The notes: generated by a model not told the origin, from the letters alone. 64,000 nucleotides of DNA from Chthoniobacterales bacterium (GCA_038207335.1 JBBQZX010000013.1:32001-96000), one strand, 5' to 3'; positions 29,513 through 40,788 are shown, numbered from the stretch's first letter. A program made the numbers and translations.

Positions 29513-31798
29513 CTACTTCTTCTTTTGCAGCGCCTGGCTGAACCAGTCGTTGCCGGCGGGAGTAGGCGCGGGTTTAACGGCGAATCGGGAAGCGTCACGG
29601 GGAGTGGCTTTGGATTTCCTATCGGTGGGCGCGACGAGCTCCGGTTTGCTCTTCATAGAAAGCGCGATGCGTTTTCTCGGCAGGTCGATCTCGACCACCG
29701 TGACCGTCACGCGCTGCGAGACTTTCACGACATCCGCGGCGGTTTTGACGAACGAATCGGAAAGCTGGCTAACGTGGACGAGGCCGTCCTGATGCACACC
29801 GATGTCCACGAACGCGCCGAATGCGGTGACGTTCGTGACGAGGCCGGGGAGCTTCATGCCGGGCTGGAGGTCTTCCATTTTCGAGACGGCGTCGTTGAAT
29901 GCGAATGCCTCGAATTGCTTTCGCGGGTCGCGGCCAGGCTTTGCGAGCTCGGCGACGATGTCTTTTAAAGTGGGCAGCCCGACATCGGTCGTGACGTATT
30001 TTTGCGCGTTGATTTTCGCGCGTCGCGCGGAGTCTCGGAGAAGGTCGAGCACGGTGCAGCCGAGGTCGGCGGCGATGCGATCGACGAGTTCGTAGCGCTC
30101 CGGATGCACCGCGCTGGCATCGAGCGGATGTGCGCTGCCTCGGATGCGGAGGAAACCCGCGGCTTGCTCGAAAGCCTTCGGACCGAGCCCGGCGACGGTG
30201 AGCAATTCTGCACGGGATTTGAACGGGCCGTGTTCGTCGCGGTGCGCGACGATGTTTCCGGCGGTGCGCGCGTTCAGGCCGGAGACGTAGCTCAGGAGCT
30301 GTTTGGAGGCTGTGTTGAGTTCGACGCCGACGCCATTGACGCAGCTCATCACGACGTCGTCGAGCGAGCGCTTGAGCGCGTTTTGATCGACGTCATGCTG
30401 GTATTGGCCGACGCCGATCGACTTGGGATCGAGCTTCACGAGTTCCGCAAGCGGGTCCATGAGACGGCGTCCGATTGAGACCGCGCCGCGAACAGTGAGG
30501 TCGTGATTCGGGAATTCCTCGCGCGCGACTTCGCTCGCGGAATAGATCGATGCGCCGCTCTCATTGACGGAGACGATGGGGATGGACGCCGGCAGTCCAA
30601 GGCGGCGGATGAAGGTCTCGGTTTCGCGCCCGCCGGTGCCGTTGCCGATGGCGATGGCCTCGATCTCGAATTTCTTCACGACGGCTTTGATGACCTCCGC
30701 GGCCTCGGTCGCGCGACGGTCGCCCTGTTCGGGAAAGATGACGTCGTTGCCGAGCAGTTTTCCCTGCCGGTCGAGCACGACGACTTTGCAGCCGGTGCGA
30801 AATCCGGGGTCGATCGCGAGCATGTTTTTCTGGCCGAGCGGCGAGGCGAGGAGGAGTTCGCGGAGGTTGTCGGCGAAGACGCGGATGGCTTCTTCATCGG
30901 CGCGTTTTTTGACGGTGATGCGCGCTTCGCCTTCCATCGCGAAGCCGAGCAGGCGCTTAAAACTGTCTTGAGCGGCGAGGCGGACCTGCTCGGCGGCGGC
31001 GGATTTGTTTTTGACGAATGCGTGCTCGATCAAGGCCAGCGCATGTTCTTCGGGCGGCGTGAGGCGGGAGAAGAGCACTCCTTCGTTTTCTCCGCGGCGG
31101 ATGGCGAGGACTCGGTGTGATGGTGCGGCGGAGGCGGGTTCACTCCAGTCGAAGTAGTCTTTGAACTTCGCGCCTTCCTCTTCCTTCCCGCTGACGACTT
31201 TGGATTTGATGACGCCGTCGGCGAGGTAGAGCGCGCGCATTTTCGCGCGGACCGCGGCGTCGTCGCTGATGCGCTCGGCGAGGATGTCGCGCGCTCCGGC
31301 GAGTGCTTCGGAGTGGTCCTTGATCGTGGCTTTCCCATCATCGACGGCGAACTCGCGGCCCGCGTATTCCTGCGCGGCGGCGACTGGATTGGCGGCGGAA
31401 TCTTGCGCCCACAAAAGCTCTGCAAGGGGCTCGAGGCCTTTCTCTTTTGCGATGATTGCGCGGGTGCGTTTTTTCGGACGGAATGGGAGATAGATGTCTT
31501 CCAGCGCGGTGATCGTTTCCGCGGAGTCGATGCGCCCCTTGAGAGAATCAGTCATCAGTTTGCGTTCGTTCAGCGAGGTGACGATCGCGTCGCGTCGCTT
31601 GTCGAGTTCGCCGAGTTGCTCGAGTCGGTCGCGGATTGCAGTGATCTGGACTTCGTCGAGTTCGCCGGTCTTTTCTTTGCGATACCGCGCGATGAACGGG
31701 ACGGTCGCGCCTTCCTCGATCAGGAGCGCAGTGGCCGCGACTTGGCGTGGCTGGAGGTTGAGTTCTCGGGTGATTTTGAGGACGTGATTTTCGAGCAT
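29513..31798 (-). CDS. tex: Tex-like RNA-binding transcriptional accessory protein
   Basis: [30 protein letters not shown] and a C-terminal S1 domain ([18 protein letters not shown]). Confidence 0.95.
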   Translation of the reverse strand: MLENHVLKITRELNLQPRQVAATALLIEEGATVPFIARYRKEKTGELDEVQITAIRDRLEQLGELDKRRDAIVTSLNERKLMTDSLKGRIDSAETITALEDIYLPFRPKKRTRAIIAKEKGLEPLAELLWAQDSAANPVAAAQEYAGREFAVDDGKATIKDHSEALAGARDILAERISDDAAVRAKMRALYLADGVIKSKVVSGKEEEGAKFKDYFDWSEPASAAPSHRVLAIRRGENEGVLFSRLTPPEEHALALIEHAFVKNKSAAAEQVRLAAQDSFKRLLGFAMEGEARITVKKRADEEAIRVFADNLRELLLASPLGQKNMLAIDPGFRTGCKVVVLDRQGKLLGNDVIFPEQGDRRATEAAEVIKAVVKKFEIEAIAIGNGTGGRETETFIRRLGLPASIPIVSVNESGASIYSASEVAREEFPNHDLTVRGAVSIGRRLMDPLAELVKLDPKSIGVGQYQHDVDQNALKRSLDDVVMSCVNGVGVELNTASKQLLSYVSGLNARTAGNIVAHRDEHGPFKSRAELLTVAGLGPKAFEQAAGFLRIRGSAHPLDASAVHPERYELVDRIAADLGCTVLDLLRDSARRAKINAQKYVTTDVGLPTLKDIVAELAKPGRDPRKQFEAFAFNDAVSKMEDLQPGMKLPGLVTNVTAFGAFVDIGVHQDGLVHVSQLSDSFVKTAADVVKVSQRVTVTVVEIDLPRKRIALSMKSKPELVAPTDRKSKATPRDASRFAVKPAPTPAGNDWFSQALQKKK

Positions 31799-31958
31799 GG
31801 CAGCGGAAGAGCGCGGGATGATGCGGGGCGTTTTCGGTGTGTCAATTTCGCACCGGAATGGGAGAGATATTTTACGGCGAAGGCGCTCATGCGAGAAGAG
31901 GATGGGAGGAGAAGTTGGAGGGTCGCGCAGTGTTCACAATGCTGGTAGGGAGTGCGCG

Positions 31959-32696
31959 ATGCCTCGATTTTTTCTGCCGCCTCGTGAGTGGAATGATGAG
32001 CGTCCGGTGCTGACGGGAGCGGAGGCCCATCACTGCGTGGATGTGCTTCGGATGAAGTCTGGCGACTCGATGCGGGTTTTCAATGGGCTCGGTGTCGAGG
32101 TCGTCGCGGAGATTGTTTCGGCGTCAAGAAATCGGGTGGAGTGTCGCGCGTTGGAGCGGATGGCGACGGCGCCGCCGCGGTGCCGGATTACGCTGGCTCA
32201 AGCGATTCCGAAGGGGAAAAATATGGAGCTCGTAATTGAGAAGGCTACCGAGCTCGGGGTGAGTGAAATCGTGCCGCTCCTGACGACGCGGACGGTGGTG
32301 CAACTCAATGCGGCGGATGCGGAGAAGAAGCGGGAGAAGTGGCAGCGCGTGGCTATCGAGGCGGCGAAGCAGTGCGGACAGAATTGGCTGCCGGCGGTGC
32401 GTGCGCCGCAGTCACTGCGGACTTTCTTTGAGGGCTGCGGAGCGTGCGATTTGCGGCTAATCGGGTCGTTGGAAAAGGACGCGTACAGCTTGAAAGCAGT
32501 GCTTGAGGATCGGCTTCGCAGCAGCATTTCCAGCGCGCTGATCCTCATCGGGCCGGAAGGAGATTTCGCGCCGGATGAGTTGGCGCTGGCGCGCGAAAAT
32601 CGATGCGCGCCGATCACGCTTGGGCCGATTGTTTTGCGCACGGAGACGGCTGCCATCTACTGCCTGAGCGTGCTCGGTTATGAGCTGCTCGAGTGA
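31959..32696 (+). CDS. rsmE: 16S rRNA m3U1498 methyltransferase
   Basis: HCVDVLR, EKATELG, EAAKQC, IGPEG and LRTETA motifs. Confidence 0.94.
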   Translation: MPRFFLPPREWNDERPVLTGAEAHHCVDVLRMKSGDSMRVFNGLGVEVVAEIVSASRNRVECRALERMATAPPRCRITLAQAIPKGKNMELVIEKATELGVSEIVPLLTTRTVVQLNAADAEKKREKWQRVAIEAAKQCGQNWLPAVRAPQSLRTFFEGCGACDLRLIGSLEKDAYSLKAVLEDRLRSSISSALILIGPEGDFAPDELALARENRCAPITLGPIVLRTETAAIYCLSVLGYELLE

Positions 32697-32714
32697 GGTG
32701 TGGCGGCGCGTGCG

Positions 32715-33146
32715 CTACACGGCTTTCGGATCGCGGCCTTCGTCGATATCGATGTAGTCGAACATCGTCTCGATGTCGGTGCGGTTCTCGATGCCGTTCT
32801 CGCGTTTACGCCGCTGGAGGATTTCGGCGGCGTCGTCTTTCCAGCCGCGCTTGCTCATGAAGCCGTTCCAGACTTCGATTTCCTCATCGGTTGGCTTGCG
32901 CCCATTTGTGTGACACCAGTCGAGGAGGTCTTCGTCGCTGCCGCCTTTCGCGGCGCGTTCGACGATGGCGGCATATTCGACTTTCAAAAAGCTGACGCAG
33001 CGGCCGTCGAAGCCGGTGCCGAGATTTTTCACGTAGTCGGCGGGGAGTGTGCCGGCGTTGTGGAGGCGGATTTTGTCGATCATCCGGGGAAAATAGCAGA
33101 GGCCGTGAGTTTTCGCGTGAGGGCTGCGGAGATTTTCGATTTGCAT
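32715..33146 (-). CDS. DUF5069-like protein
   Basis: LRSP...YFPRMIDKIRL...GFD...IDIDEGR pattern, recognised from memory. Confidence 0.7.
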   Translation of the reverse strand: MQIENLRSPHAKTHGLCYFPRMIDKIRLHNAGTLPADYVKNLGTGFDGRCVSFLKVEYAAIVERAAKGGSDEDLLDWCHTNGRKPTDEEIEVWNGFMSKRGWKDDAAEILQRRKRENGIENRTDIETMFDYIDIDEGRDPKAV

Positions 33147-33280
33147 GGCGGAAGGGTAAAATGATGGCCGCGACCTGTGCAAGCGATTGGGAAAGTGGCG
33201 GTCAGCGGATTAGGAATATCGAGTTGGGAGGCAGAGGGGGTGCTTGTCTTTTGCTAACAAACTGGAAAGCTTCACTGCCG

Positions 33281-34594
33281 GTGAGGACGATTTTAATTAT
33301 CGATGACGATGCCGACTGCCGCGGTCCTGCGGCGGAGATCCTGCGGCGACTCGGCTGGAATGTAATCGAGGCAGGCGATGGCGAGGCAGGGCTCGTGCTC
33401 GCGCTGGAGCATCGTCCGGAGGTGATTTTGTGCGATTTGCTGATGCCGCGCGGAAATGGATTTCATGTGTGCCGCGCAGTGCGCGAGCGAATGGAACTGC
33501 GCGGGACGCGGATTATTGTGTGCACGGGGCGCGATTATCCGACGGATCGGAAGATGGCGGAGGAGGCGGGAGCGGATGAGTATTTGGTGAAGCCGATCGC
33601 GTTTTCGCTGCTCGAGGAGGCGCTTGTGCGGATGGCACCGAGCAAGCAAGGGCGAGAGGAGGGCGGCGCGGCGGATGCGGCAGAAAGCGGTGAGGCAGTG
33701 ACAGAGATCAAATTCTGGGGCGTGCGCGGATCGATCCCAACGCCGGGATCATCGACGGTGTTTTTCGGCGGTAATACCTCGTGTGTCGAGGTGCGGACGG
33801 CGGGGAAAATCATCATCCTCGATGCGGGCTCGGGGATTCGTCCGCTGGGGCAGGCTTTGTCCGCGGAGTTTGGGCAGACGCCGCTCGATTTGACGTTGCT
33901 GATGACGCATACGCACTGGGATCACATCCAGGGGTTTCCGTTTTTCCTGCCGGCGTATGAAGCTCGGAACAAGCTGCGCATCCTCGGTTTCGAAGGAGCT
34001 AGGGATGGGCTCGCGGCGACGATGGCGGGGCAGATGGAGAGTCCGTATTTTCCGATCGCACTGGCGCAGATGCCGGGAAATATCGTGTTCGAAGAGCTGA
34101 AGGAAATGAAGTTTGCGATCGGAGAAATTCAGGCCGAAGCGTGCTTTACGAATCATCCGGGAATCTGCGTGGGATACCGACTTTCGACGGCGGCCGGGTC
34201 GGTCGTTTACATGCCCGACAACGAGACTTTCAGAAAGGACAGCGTGCCCAAAAACGCGCATTCTCTTCCATGCACGATCGAAGGGAAGCTCGTGGAATTT
34301 CTCGCCGACGCCGATGTGCTGATCGCCGATACGCAATATACGGCGGACGAATACAAGGAACACGTCGGCTGGGGACACGGCTGCGTGGATGAGGTAGTGC
34401 GGCTCGCGGTGTCGGCAAATGTGCGGCGACTTTTTCTTTTTCACCACGACCCGTCGCATGATGATCGGGCGGTTTCGAGCATGCTCATGCACGCGCGGGC
34501 GCTGGCGCGAGAGGCGGGGAGCACGATGCGCGTGGATGCGGCGCGTGAGGGGGAAACCGTTTCGATCGGAGCACTGACGCCGGTCGATGCTTGA
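33281..34594 (+). CDS. Response regulator receiver fused to an MBL-fold metallo-hydrolase
   Basis: Receiver residues IIDDD, CDLLMP and KP. MBL motifs GVRGS, DAGSG, THTHWDH, WGH and FHHDP. GTG start. Confidence 0.9.
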   Translation: MRTILIIDDDADCRGPAAEILRRLGWNVIEAGDGEAGLVLALEHRPEVILCDLLMPRGNGFHVCRAVRERMELRGTRIIVCTGRDYPTDRKMAEEAGADEYLVKPIAFSLLEEALVRMAPSKQGREEGGAADAAESGEAVTEIKFWGVRGSIPTPGSSTVFFGGNTSCVEVRTAGKIIILDAGSGIRPLGQALSAEFGQTPLDLTLLMTHTHWDHIQGFPFFLPAYEARNKLRILGFEGARDGLAATMAGQMESPYFPIALAQMPGNIVFEELKEMKFAIGEIQAEACFTNHPGICVGYRLSTAAGSVVYMPDNETFRKDSVPKNAHSLPCTIEGKLVEFLADADVLIADTQYTADEYKEHVGWGHGCVDEVVRLAVSANVRRLFLFHHDPSHDDRAVSSMLMHARALAREAGSTMRVDAAREGETVSIGALTPVDA

Positions 34595-34600
34595 GGTGTT

Positions 34601-34650
34601 TTAACCGCGGCGGTGCGGCTCCTTCACTCTGCCGCGTTTACCGCGGTTGA
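34601..34650. terminator. Hairpin between convergent genes
   Basis: AACCGCGG...CCGCGGTT arms with inner GCGGC/GCCGC pairing. No long U tract. Confidence 0.4.
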
Positions 34651-34655
34651 ATGTT

Positions 34656-35633
34656 TCAGGCAAAGGCGTTGAGGAAGCCGACTTCGATGGCGAGTTGCTC
34701 CTGCACGGTGCGGCCGAGATTTTGCCTGAGCCGGACGAGCGCGGCGGTTTTGCGGAGCAACTCGGCGGCGGTGTATCGCGCGGCAAGCGCGGCGGTGTCG
34801 TGGGCGAAAGCGGGGTGGTCGAGCTGCGGCGGCGAAGCGGAGCTGGGTGGGCAGACCTGTTGACGAAGAACGTCGGCCCACCATTCCTCGAGGATCGCGA
34901 GCAGGCGTGAGCGCTCGGCGATGTAGCGGCTCTGCGTCAGGGCTTTGTAATATTCCTCCCGGTCCTCGAGCGCGTCTTTGTTGTCCACTTGCTTGTAGAG
35001 CGGCGCCTCCTTTTTCAGCGCAGCTTCGCACTTTTCCTCGATCACGCTGCGGGCCTGCGCCAGAAGATCGTGAAAAGAGCGAACGAGCCGGAAAATGTGC
35101 GGAAGCTCCGGCTTCTCTCTCGCGCTGAATTCGCTGAGCGTCCGCAACATGGCGGTCTGAAGCTCGGTCGCGCCGCGCTTTTCCTCAGGCTGGATCGGTA
35201 TCTCGATGCAGCGCGAGAGGATTGTCTCGAGGAGCTGATCGGGCAGCGAGCTGACGAGGAAGAGATGCGAGTGCGCGGGCGGTTCCTCGAGCGTTTTGAG
35301 AAAGGCATTCGCCGCCTGCTCCTGCAGACGATCCGCGTCGAAAAGCACAGCGACTTTTTTCCCACCGCGCGCCGACCGCATTTGGAGGGCTCGCTCGAGC
35401 TCGCGGATTTTATCCGTGCTGATCTTGCGGCTTTTTGATTCGGGCTCGAGGACGTGCGCGTCGGCGTGCTTGAAAGGCTCGCGCTCGCCGCCAAGCAGAA
35501 GCGCGGTGACGGCCGAGACGAGTTCCCTTTTTCCCGACCCCTCCGGCCCGGTGATGAGATAGGCGTGCGCGAGCCGGTCGCCGACATGGGCGGCGCTCAA
35601 GAGCGCGAGCGCATCGGCAGCGAGAATAGGCAT
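34656..35633 (-). CDS. holB: DNA polymerase III delta-prime subunit
   Basis: HAYLITGPEGSGK, AANAFLKTLEEP and TILSRC motifs. Confidence 0.88.
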   Translation of the reverse strand: MPILAADALALLSAAHVGDRLAHAYLITGPEGSGKRELVSAVTALLLGGEREPFKHADAHVLEPESKSRKISTDKIRELERALQMRSARGGKKVAVLFDADRLQEQAANAFLKTLEEPPAHSHLFLVSSLPDQLLETILSRCIEIPIQPEEKRGATELQTAMLRTLSEFSAREKPELPHIFRLVRSFHDLLAQARSVIEEKCEAALKKEAPLYKQVDNKDALEDREEYYKALTQSRYIAERSRLLAILEEWWADVLRQQVCPPSSASPPQLDHPAFAHDTAALAARYTAAELLRKTAALVRLRQNLGRTVQEQLAIEVGFLNAFA

Positions 35634-35662
35634 CGGCGTTCGCGCGGATCGCGTGCTCGCAG

Positions 35663-36559
35663 CTACCTTGAGCTTTTCGTAACGACCGTCGGCAGTTCAG
35701 GTGCGCGATTTCGTTCCGGGGCTCGGCGCGAGGGCAGGGGAGCTGCGCTGGCCACGCGCTCGGTGCTGCGGCCCTTTACCTGGACGAATGTGTTATTGTC
35801 GCCCCATTTCGCCCACGGCCCGCTCGGGATGTCGCGGAATTCCACGAAGCGCCAATCGGTCGTGTCGGTCGGCGCAAGGCCGAGGAAATCGCGCACCGCG
35901 GGGCTCACATCAAGGCCAGCGCCGCGGTTCAGGTTCGGCTTCGGACGCTCGTTGCCAAAGACGTATTGATAGTGGTCGGTGCGGAAGGGCCCGCAATCGC
36001 TCCATTGCGCGTAGCAACTCCGGCCCTTCTGGTTGCGAATCTCGATCCAGCGGTCCTTGCACACGCTTTTTCCCTCGCGCTCCCAGACTTGGCGAAACCA
36101 CGGGATCACCACGCGCGCCTCGGGCTTGGTCGTGCCGCGTGTCACGTCATTATAGGGCAGCGCGAAATAAAACGGATTCTGTCCCGGTGAAAATTTCATC
36201 GGGACGTAGTCACGCCGCTGCGTCGGGTCGGGCGTGTCGAATCCGCCGTAGCTGCCTTCCCAATCGAGGTCCCACGAACTCGAGCGGTTATGCACGGGAT
36301 TGTTCGCGCTCGCGCTTTCACCCACCCAAAAGGTCGTCGTCACGATGCTGTTCTTCCACGGATAACGCCCGCCGATCAGCCCTGTGCGCGAGGTGGTCGG
36401 CACGATCACGCGCGGCTCGAGTTGCACGAGCGCATTCTCGCGGAGCTTTGACGCGTAGCGGGCAAAATCTTCGCTGCTGTGATACGGCCCCTGGGCGCGC
36501 GCAGCGACCGCCAAAACGGCGAGGGCGAGTCCGCAAAATGTCGGCAAAATCCTGTTCAT
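35663..36559 (-). CDS. Secreted hypothetical protein, possibly RlpA-like double-psi beta-barrel
   Basis: Signal peptide and DCGPF...LDVSPAV motif pair. Confidence 0.7.
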   Translation of the reverse strand: MNRILPTFCGLALAVLAVAARAQGPYHSSEDFARYASKLRENALVQLEPRVIVPTTSRTGLIGGRYPWKNSIVTTTFWVGESASANNPVHNRSSSWDLDWEGSYGGFDTPDPTQRRDYVPMKFSPGQNPFYFALPYNDVTRGTTKPEARVVIPWFRQVWEREGKSVCKDRWIEIRNQKGRSCYAQWSDCGPFRTDHYQYVFGNERPKPNLNRGAGLDVSPAVRDFLGLAPTDTTDWRFVEFRDIPSGPWAKWGDNNTFVQVKGRSTERVASAAPLPSRRAPERNRAPELPTVVTKSSR

Positions 36560-36706
36560 GCTGGGAACGGCGAGGGATATAGACTCCCGCGCGAGGTTCG
36601 GTAAAGGTCATTCTCTCGTTTGACCATAGCACTGGCGATGCCGCAGCGGGAGCGCGAATGTCGTTTCGCGGCTTGCCTCGCGGCGGTGGTTAGGGAGGAT
36701 GCGGTA

Positions 36707-38413
36707 ATGTTCACGTTCCCTCCATTTGGCAAAATACTGAGTGCAACCGCCGGTCTCGCTCTCCTGGCATTCAGCGGCTGCGATGAGAAATCCGGCAGCC
36801 CCACCTCGCCCGCGCCGGCAAAATCTGAAGCCGCAGTGCCGGCCGCGCCCGCCGTGAAATCCGCCGAGCCCACGAGCTTCGACGCGGTGACCGCGCATCT
36901 CGACCGCGGCGGCTCGCTCTACTTCTATCTCAGCACCGAGCAATGGCTCGCTGGGCTCTCGCAGCAGATCGGTTCGCTGCGTGAACTCGTAATATCCGCC
37001 ACTGCCGGCCAGCAGCAGACCGCCAGCCAGGCTGCCAGCATCGACCGCGCATTTTCCATCGCCACCGATCTCGTGAAAAAGAGCGGTATCGAGAAAATCA
37101 GTGGTGTCGGTGGGAGTTCGATCGCCGTCGAGCCGGGCGTCTATCGCAACCAGTTTTTCGTCCACCACGGCGCGGAGAATTCGAGTGGGTTCCTGATGAC
37201 CGCGTTTGGCAAAACGCCTCATCCGCTCACCGCTCTCGATATTCTCCCGACCGACACTGCGCTTGCCACTTTCGGAGATTTCGACCTCGCGCAAATCGTC
37301 GGCATCATCCGGCAGGCAGTCGATCAGTCCGGCATCCCCGAGGCGAAAGCCGCGGTCGATCAGGCAGTCGCGCAATTCCCCACGATGGCTGGAATGACCC
37401 TCGACGAAGCGCTAAATTCGCTCGGCGGCAGCGGCGGGATGATCGTCACCCTCGACCCCGCGAAACCACTTTCGCTGCCGATTCCCGGCCAGCAGCAGAC
37501 CATCCCCACGCCGCGCATCGCATTCGTCCTCGCGGTGAAAGACGACCGCATCTTCAAGCAGATCGACAACGTTTTCTCCGCAAATCTGAACGTCGTCCGC
37601 GTCGATGAAGAAGGCTTAAAAATGCGCACCATCGCGATTCCGACGCTGCCGCAGCTCATCGTCCGCGCGACCGCCGCGCAGTGGGGCGAGCGGCTCATCA
37701 TCGCATCGGATGACCGGCTCGTGCGCGACCTGATCGCTGCGCAAAAAGAAGGCCGCGGCTACAAATCCACGCCCGAATTCGCGAAGCTCTCCGCCGGGCT
37801 GCCGACCGAGGGGAATGGCTTCCAAATCGGCACGCAGGCATTCGCCGACATCTGGAATCAGGTGCAAAAACAGATGATGACCAGCCAGCCCGGCATGACG
37901 CCGCAGCAGATGGCGATGTTTGAAAAATTCATGTTCTCGGGAAAACCCGGCCCGTCCTACTCCGTCTCCGCGCATCTCGCCGACGGCTGGCTTTCCGCGG
38001 GGAAAAGCTCGCTCGGATCCAGCCAGATGCTCGCACCGCTGCTCATCGCCCCCGTTGCTGTCGCCGCCGGAATGGCCGTCCCTGTTTTCCAAAAAACATC
38101 CGAAAAAGCGAAATCCGCGAAGTCGATCAGCAACTCCAAGCAGATCGCGCTCGGGTGCATCCTTTTCGCGCAAGACCACGATGGAAAGTTCCCCGCGACA
38201 CTCCATGAACTCGTCCCCGATTACCTCCCTGATGCCAAAGTCTTCGCCTCACCATTCGCCCCCGGCGAGCCGATGGGCTACACCTACACGCCCGGCCTCA
38301 CCACGAGTTCGCCAGCCACGCACATCCTCCTCGAGGATAAAAACACCGCCATCAGCCACGAGAAGATCGTCGCCCATCCCGACGGCTCGGCGGCTGCGAC
38401 GCCCGCCCCGTGA
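36707..38413 (+). CDS. Lipoprotein with C-terminal pilin-like domain
   Basis: Lipobox LAFSGC. A late hydrophobic helix precedes PVFQKTSEKAKSAKSISNSKQIALGCILFAQDHDGKFP. Confidence 0.75.
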   Translation: MFTFPPFGKILSATAGLALLAFSGCDEKSGSPTSPAPAKSEAAVPAAPAVKSAEPTSFDAVTAHLDRGGSLYFYLSTEQWLAGLSQQIGSLRELVISATAGQQQTASQAASIDRAFSIATDLVKKSGIEKISGVGGSSIAVEPGVYRNQFFVHHGAENSSGFLMTAFGKTPHPLTALDILPTDTALATFGDFDLAQIVGIIRQAVDQSGIPEAKAAVDQAVAQFPTMAGMTLDEALNSLGGSGGMIVTLDPAKPLSLPIPGQQQTIPTPRIAFVLAVKDDRIFKQIDNVFSANLNVVRVDEEGLKMRTIAIPTLPQLIVRATAAQWGERLIIASDDRLVRDLIAAQKEGRGYKSTPEFAKLSAGLPTEGNGFQIGTQAFADIWNQVQKQMMTSQPGMTPQQMAMFEKFMFSGKPGPSYSVSAHLADGWLSAGKSSLGSSQMLAPLLIAPVAVAAGMAVPVFQKTSEKAKSAKSISNSKQIALGCILFAQDHDGKFPATLHELVPDYLPDAKVFASPFAPGEPMGYTYTPGLTTSSPATHILLEDKNTAISHEKIVAHPDGSAAATPAP

Positions 38414-38450
38414 GGGTGCTGCCGGGATCGACGATCCCCGGCTACAGTGC

Positions 38451-39689
38451 TCACCATTTGATCGCCTGCATCCGTCGTGCGACCTCCTCCGCATTCGCGC
38501 GGCTATTGAACGCGCTGATCCGAAAATATCCCTCGCCCGCGCTGCCGAATCCGCTCCCCGGCGTGATCACGATATTCGCCTCGTTCAGCATCCGATCGAA
38601 CATCTCCCAACTCGTCGTCCCGCGCGGCGTCTGCACCCAGATGTAAGGCGCATTCACCCCGCCCCACACGCCTAGCCCCGTCGCCGCCACCGCGTCGCGC
38701 AGGATCGCCGCATTTCCCATGTAATGCTCGATTAGCCCCGCGATCTGCGTCTTCCCGTCCGCCGAATAAAGCGCTTCGGCCGCCCGCTGCACCACGTAGC
38801 TCACGCCGTTGAATTTCGTGCTCATCCGCCGATTCCACAGCGGATGCAGCGCCCGCTTTTCTCCGGTTGAGGTCGAGGCTTGCAGCGACTTCGGCACCAC
38901 GGTGAAAGCGCACCGCGTCCCTGTGAACCCGCCATTTTTCGAGAAGCTGCGGAACTCGATCGCGCACTCCCGCGCCCCCGGAATCTCGTAGATGGAATGC
39001 GGAACCCCCGGCTCGCTGATGTAGGCCTCGTAGGCAGCGTCGAAGAGCAAAATCGCCTCATTCGCCAACGCATATTTCACCCACGCCTCGAGCTGCGCGC
39101 GATTCGCCACCGAACCCGTCGGATTATTTGGAAAGCAGAGATACACGACATCCGCGCGCGCCTCCGGCACGTCCGCGACGAAGCCATTCGCCTCACTGCA
39201 TTCCAGATAAATAAGTCCGCCGTAAGTCCCTGTGTCATTCGCATCCCCCGTGTGCCCCGCCATCACATTGGTGTCCACATAGACCGGATAAACCGGGTCC
39301 ATCACCGCTATCACATTCCGATCTCCGAGGATGTCCAAAATCGCGCCGCAATCGCACTTCGATCCATCCGAGACGAAAATCTCATCGTCCGCCACTTGGA
39401 CCCCTCGGTCGCGATAATCGTTCTGCGCAATCGCCTTCCGCAAAAACTCATGGCCCTGCTCGGGCCCATATCCGCGGAAAGTCTCTCTCTCGCCCATCTC
39501 ATCCACCGCCTTGTGCATCGCGGTCCGCGCCGCTTCCGGCAGCGGCTCCGTCACATCCCCGATCCCGCAACGGATCAGTCGCTTCGCCGCCTCTGGATTC
39601 GCGCTGCAAAAAGCCGCCACGCGCCGTCCGATCTCGGGAAAAAGATAACCCGCCCGCAGCTTCAGATAGTTGTCATTGAGAAAAGCCAT
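38451..39689 (-). CDS. dapL: LL-diaminopimelate aminotransferase
   Basis: [36 protein letters not shown] and TPGSGFG motifs. Confidence 0.95.
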   Translation of the reverse strand: MAFLNDNYLKLRAGYLFPEIGRRVAAFCSANPEAAKRLIRCGIGDVTEPLPEAARTAMHKAVDEMGERETFRGYGPEQGHEFLRKAIAQNDYRDRGVQVADDEIFVSDGSKCDCGAILDILGDRNVIAVMDPVYPVYVDTNVMAGHTGDANDTGTYGGLIYLECSEANGFVADVPEARADVVYLCFPNNPTGSVANRAQLEAWVKYALANEAILLFDAAYEAYISEPGVPHSIYEIPGARECAIEFRSFSKNGGFTGTRCAFTVVPKSLQASTSTGEKRALHPLWNRRMSTKFNGVSYVVQRAAEALYSADGKTQIAGLIEHYMGNAAILRDAVAATGLGVWGGVNAPYIWVQTPRGTTSWEMFDRMLNEANIVITPGSGFGSAGEGYFRISAFNSRANAEEVARRMQAIKW

Positions 39690-39744
39690 AAGTCCGCCGT
39701 GATGTAGTAAAATCTCGCGCCCCGGTAAATCGCCGAATCCGCAA

Positions 39745-39784
<40 letters not shown>

Positions 39785-39812
39785 AGACCGCCGCAGGCGC
39801 TCCATCATTTCT

Positions 39813-40730
39813 GTGACTTCTCTCCACTTCACGCTCCCGCCCGAGTCGCCCACCACCCGCCTCGACCACTTCCTCTCCGCGCAACTCCCCACTCATTCCC
39901 GCGCCCGCATCCAGACCCTCATCCGCGACGGCCACGTCTGCATCAACGCGGCCCCCGTCACCCGACCCGCGGAAAAACTGCGCGCCGGCGATATGGTCTT
40001 TTTCACCGAGCCCGACGCCGTCCCGATCGACACCCAGCCCGAGGACATCGCGCTCGACGTCCTCTTCGAAGACCCCGACCTTATCGTCCTCAATAAACCC
40101 GCCGGCATCGTCGTCCACCCCGCTGCGGGCAATTGGGACGGCACCCTCGTCAACGCCCTCCTGCACCACTGCGGCACCCTTTCCGCCATCGGCGGTGAAC
40201 AACGTCCCGGCATCGTCCATCGCCTCGACAAAGAAACCAGCGGCTGCCTCGTCGCCGCAAAAAACGACCTCGCGCACCAGAGCCTCTCCGCGCAATTCGC
40301 CGGACGCGAGATCGTGAAAATCTACCTCGCTCTCGCGTCAGGCCACTTCGAGAAGAAGAGCGGCGTCATCGAGGCCGCGATCGGACGCCACCCCGTCGAT
40401 CGCAAAAAAATGACTGTGCTCGAAAAGGGCCGCGCCGCCCGCACCGACTACCGCGTCCTCCGCGAGATTGGCACCGACTCCCTCGTCGAATGCACCCTCC
40501 ACACCGGCCGCACGCACCAAATCCGCGTCCACCTCAAGCACCTCAGCCACCCGCTACTCGGCGACGCCGTCTATGGACGCCGCGGCCATTTCGAGCGCCA
40601 AATGCTCCATGCCTGGCAACTCGGCTTCACCCATCCGCGCTCAGGCGACCGCCTGAAATTCCAAGCCCCGATCCCCGCCGACTTCATCGCCGCAGGCGTT
40701 AGCAGTTCAGAGTTGAAAGTTGAGAGTTGA
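39813..40730 (+). CDS. rluD: RluA-family pseudouridine synthase (RluD-like, S4 domain)
   Basis: RLDHFL, NKPAG, VHRLDKETSG and TGRTHQIRVH motifs. GTG start inferred. Confidence 0.88.
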   Translation: MTSLHFTLPPESPTTRLDHFLSAQLPTHSRARIQTLIRDGHVCINAAPVTRPAEKLRAGDMVFFTEPDAVPIDTQPEDIALDVLFEDPDLIVLNKPAGIVVHPAAGNWDGTLVNALLHHCGTLSAIGGEQRPGIVHRLDKETSGCLVAAKNDLAHQSLSAQFAGREIVKIYLALASGHFEKKSGVIEAAIGRHPVDRKKMTVLEKGRAARTDYRVLREIGTDSLVECTLHTGRTHQIRVHLKHLSHPLLGDAVYGRRGHFERQMLHAWQLGFTHPRSGDRLKFQAPIPADFIAAGVSSSELKVES

Positions 40731-40784
40731 GCGACGGAAATGGCGTGCTCCGCGCTCTTAACTCTCAACCGAAAACGCTCAACC
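40704..40784. repeat. Inverted pair of degenerate heptamer arrays
   Basis: AGTTCAG AGTTGAA AGTTGAG AGTTGAG (40704-40731) facing CTTAACT CTCAACC GAAAACG CTCAACC (40757-40784). Confidence 0.7.
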
Positions 40785-40788
40785 CGGT

